From: Sphyrna mokarran | Lineage: Eukaryota | Length of the DNA stretch: 64,000 nucleotides | Assembly (NCBI GenBank): GCA_024679065.1 | Contig: JAGIQG010000009.1 | Span: 86,614,001-86,678,000, forward strand | Direction: 5' to 3' | In this document: positions 61,770 to 64,000 of the stretch, one piece after another | How positions within the stretch are numbered: the first letter of the stretch is position 1 | How the letters are laid out: every line of letters starts with the position of its first letter | Position numbers and translations under genes: made by a program | The notes under the pieces: generated by a model | Database searches by the model: none | Told to the model about the DNA's origin: nothing | What the model saw: only the letters and a program-made list of their open reading frames with translations

Positions 61770-64000
61770 TTAGTTCCCGTGTAGGTAAGGACTGTAGACA
61801 GTACGAGGGGGGCGGGCGGGGGGGTGTTAGACGGGTGGTGGAGAAGGGAAATGTCCAGACTGAGGGTCTATTTTAATGCCAGGAATGTAGTAAATAAGGT
61901 AGATGAGCTTAGGGTGTGGATTGCTGCTTGGGAATGTGATGTGGTGGCCATTACAGAGACTTGGTTGTCTCAGGGACAGGACTGGGTACTTCAGGTGCCG
62001 GGTTTCAGATGCTTCAGGAGGGACAGGGTTGGGGGCAAAAGAGGTGGTGGAGTGGCACTGTTGATCAGGGACAGTGTCATGGCTGCAGAGAAGATGGATG
62101 ACGTGGAGGGAATGTCTACGGAGTCCCTGTGGGTGGAAGTTAGGAACAGCAAAGGGTCAATAACTTTGCTGGGTGTATTCTATAGGCCACCTAATAGTGA
62201 CAGGGAAGTTGAGGTGCAGATAGGGAAACAGATCCTAGAAAAATGCAGAAATAACAGAGTTGTCATGATGGGAGAATTCAATTTCCCAAACATCGACTGG
62301 AATATCCCAAGGGTAAGGGGTTTGGATGGGGAGCAGTTTGTTAGGTGTGTTCAGGAAGGTTTCCTGACACAGTATGTGGATAAGCCTCCGAGAGGAGAGG
62401 CTGTACTTGACCTGGTGCTGGCTAATGAACCAGGACAGGTGTCGGATCTCTCGGTAGGAGAGCATCTTGGGGATGAAGATCCTAATTCTATCTCCTTCTC
62501 GATAGCAATGGAAAGAGATAGGATCAGGCAGGCTAGGAAGGTGTAAGGGTCTGGAGTAAGGGGAAATATGAAAACATTAGGCAGATAATTGGACAAATAA
62601 ACTGGAAGGAGGCATTTTGGGGGAAAAATACAGAAGGAAAGTGGCGGATATCAAGGAATGTTTGTCTGGGGCTCTGCAAGACAACGTTCCGAGGAGTCAA
62701 GGAGGTTTTGGTAAGATGCGGGAACCGTGGTGCACGAAGGTTGTGGTGAACCTAGTCAGGAAGAAAAGGAAGGTATATAAAAGGTTCAGAGAGCTAGGAG
62801 ATGTTAGGGATCTAGAGGAGTATAAGATGTGTAGAAGGGAGCTTAAAAAGGAAATTAGGAGAGCCAGAAGAGGTCATGAGAAGGCCTTGGCGGGTAAGAT
62901 TAAGGAGAATCCCAAGGCCTTCTACAAATTTGTGAGAAGTAAAAGGATGAGAAGAGAAGGGATAGGACCTATAAAAGGTGAAGGGGAAAAAATCTGTGTG
63001 AATCTGGAAGAAATGGCAGAGGTGCTTAACAAGTACTTTGCCTCGGTATTCACGGTGGAAAGTGATCTGGGAGGTTGTACTGCAGGTTTGAGGCAAATGG
63101 AAAAGATTGAGTATGTGGATGTTAGGAAAGAGGATGTGTTAGAACATAGAACATTACAGCACAGAACAGGCCCTTCGGCCTTCGATGTTGCGCCGACCAA
63201 TATAAAAAGCAATGCCCCTCCAAACTAAACCATTCCCTTCTCTTCCATATACTTATCAACTAACCTCTTAAACGCCACCAAACTTGGCGCATCTACAACT
63301 GCTGCAGGCAGGGCATTCCACTCCCGAACCACCCTTTGGATAAAGAACCTACCTCTGATATCCGTCCTATAACTATCACCCCTTAATTTAAAGCTGTGTC
63401 CTCTCGTGTTAGATCTGTTAAATTCTATCAAGATAGACAAGTCGCCGGGACCGGATGGGATGTACCCCAGGTTATTGTGGGAAGTGAGGGAAGTGATTGC
63501 AGAGCCCCTGGTGGTGATCTTTGCATCGTCCATGGAAACGGGAGAGGTTCGGAGAATTGGAGGATTGCGGATGTGGTTCCTATTTTTAAGAAAGGGAACA
63601 AGGATAGTCCAGGAAATTACCGACCGCTGAATCTGACCTCAGTGGTTGGTAAGCTGATAGAGAGGCTTCTGAGGGACAAGATTTATGAGCATTTGGAGAA
63701 GTTTAGAATGATCAGAAATAGTCAGCATGATTTTGTCAAGGGCAGGTCGTGCCTTATGAGACTAGTTGAGTTCTTCGAAAATGTGACTGAACACATTGAT
63801 GAAGGAAGAGCAGTGGACGTGGTGTACATGGACTTTAGCAAGGCATTTGATAAGGTCCCCCATGCAAGGCTTCTGGAGAAGGTGAGAGGGCATGGGATCC
63901 AAGAGGTTTTGGCCTCGTGGATCCAGAACTGGCTTGACGGCAGAAGGCAGAGAGTGATTGCGGATGGGTCTTGTTCTGCATGGAGGTTGGTCACCAATGG
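61770..64000 (+). mobile_element. CR1 ORF2 (APE endonuclease, linker, RT start), disrupted, running off the window
   Basis: YFNARN, AITETWL, GGGVALL, GVFYRPP, GEFNFP (GDFN mutated), LDLVL, then KSPGPDGMYPRLL and [10 protein letters not shown]; stops and frameshifts present. Confidence 0.92.
63141..63408 (-). mobile_element. Short young CR1 3' fragment nested in the CR1 ORF2
   Basis: AGAACAT tail; TSD GTGTTAGA at 63136-63143 and 63406-63413. Confidence 0.92.

Noticed and set aside
61824-62546. Stand-alone endonuclease gene
   Set aside because: It is the APE domain of a disrupted CR1 ORF2, with catalytic motifs mutated (GEFN, and EDP for SDH).

Overview
Eukaryotic, repeat-dense vertebrate genomic DNA. 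The repeat families and gene types point to a cartilaginous fish, probably a shark (inference). Two apparently intact host genes converge. (1) A two-exon orphan class A GPCR of the GPR139/GPR142-like type on +: join(4668..4737,7761..8698), 335 aa. A decayed paralogue lies near 18.3 kb. (2) A nonclassical MHC class I heavy-chain gene on -: leader 61175..61226, alpha1 60586..60846, alpha2 49005..49280, alpha3 48541..48819, TM 37875..38039, all with phase-1 GT-AG introns. Its alpha2 domain has no cysteines and most N-terminal peptide-anchor residues are replaced. Its promoter nevertheless keeps an ISRE-X1/X2-Y-CCAAT-TATA layout like that of classical class I genes. Downstream on the same strand are candidate phase-1 cytoplasmic exons running into decayed sequence that resembles death-fold and LRR parts of an NLR (32.4-34.3 kb); an MHC-I/NLR link is possible but unproven. 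The rest is mobile DNA: many nested CR1-clade LINE fragments (one family carries a conserved long hairpin plus a captured SINE in its 3' UTR), a second LINE family, tRNA-derived SINEs with two tail types, a Deu-domain SINE, Penelope-like fragments with minimal hammerhead motifs, two endogenous retrovirus env remnants, LTRs and minisatellites. Repeat boundaries are approximate.
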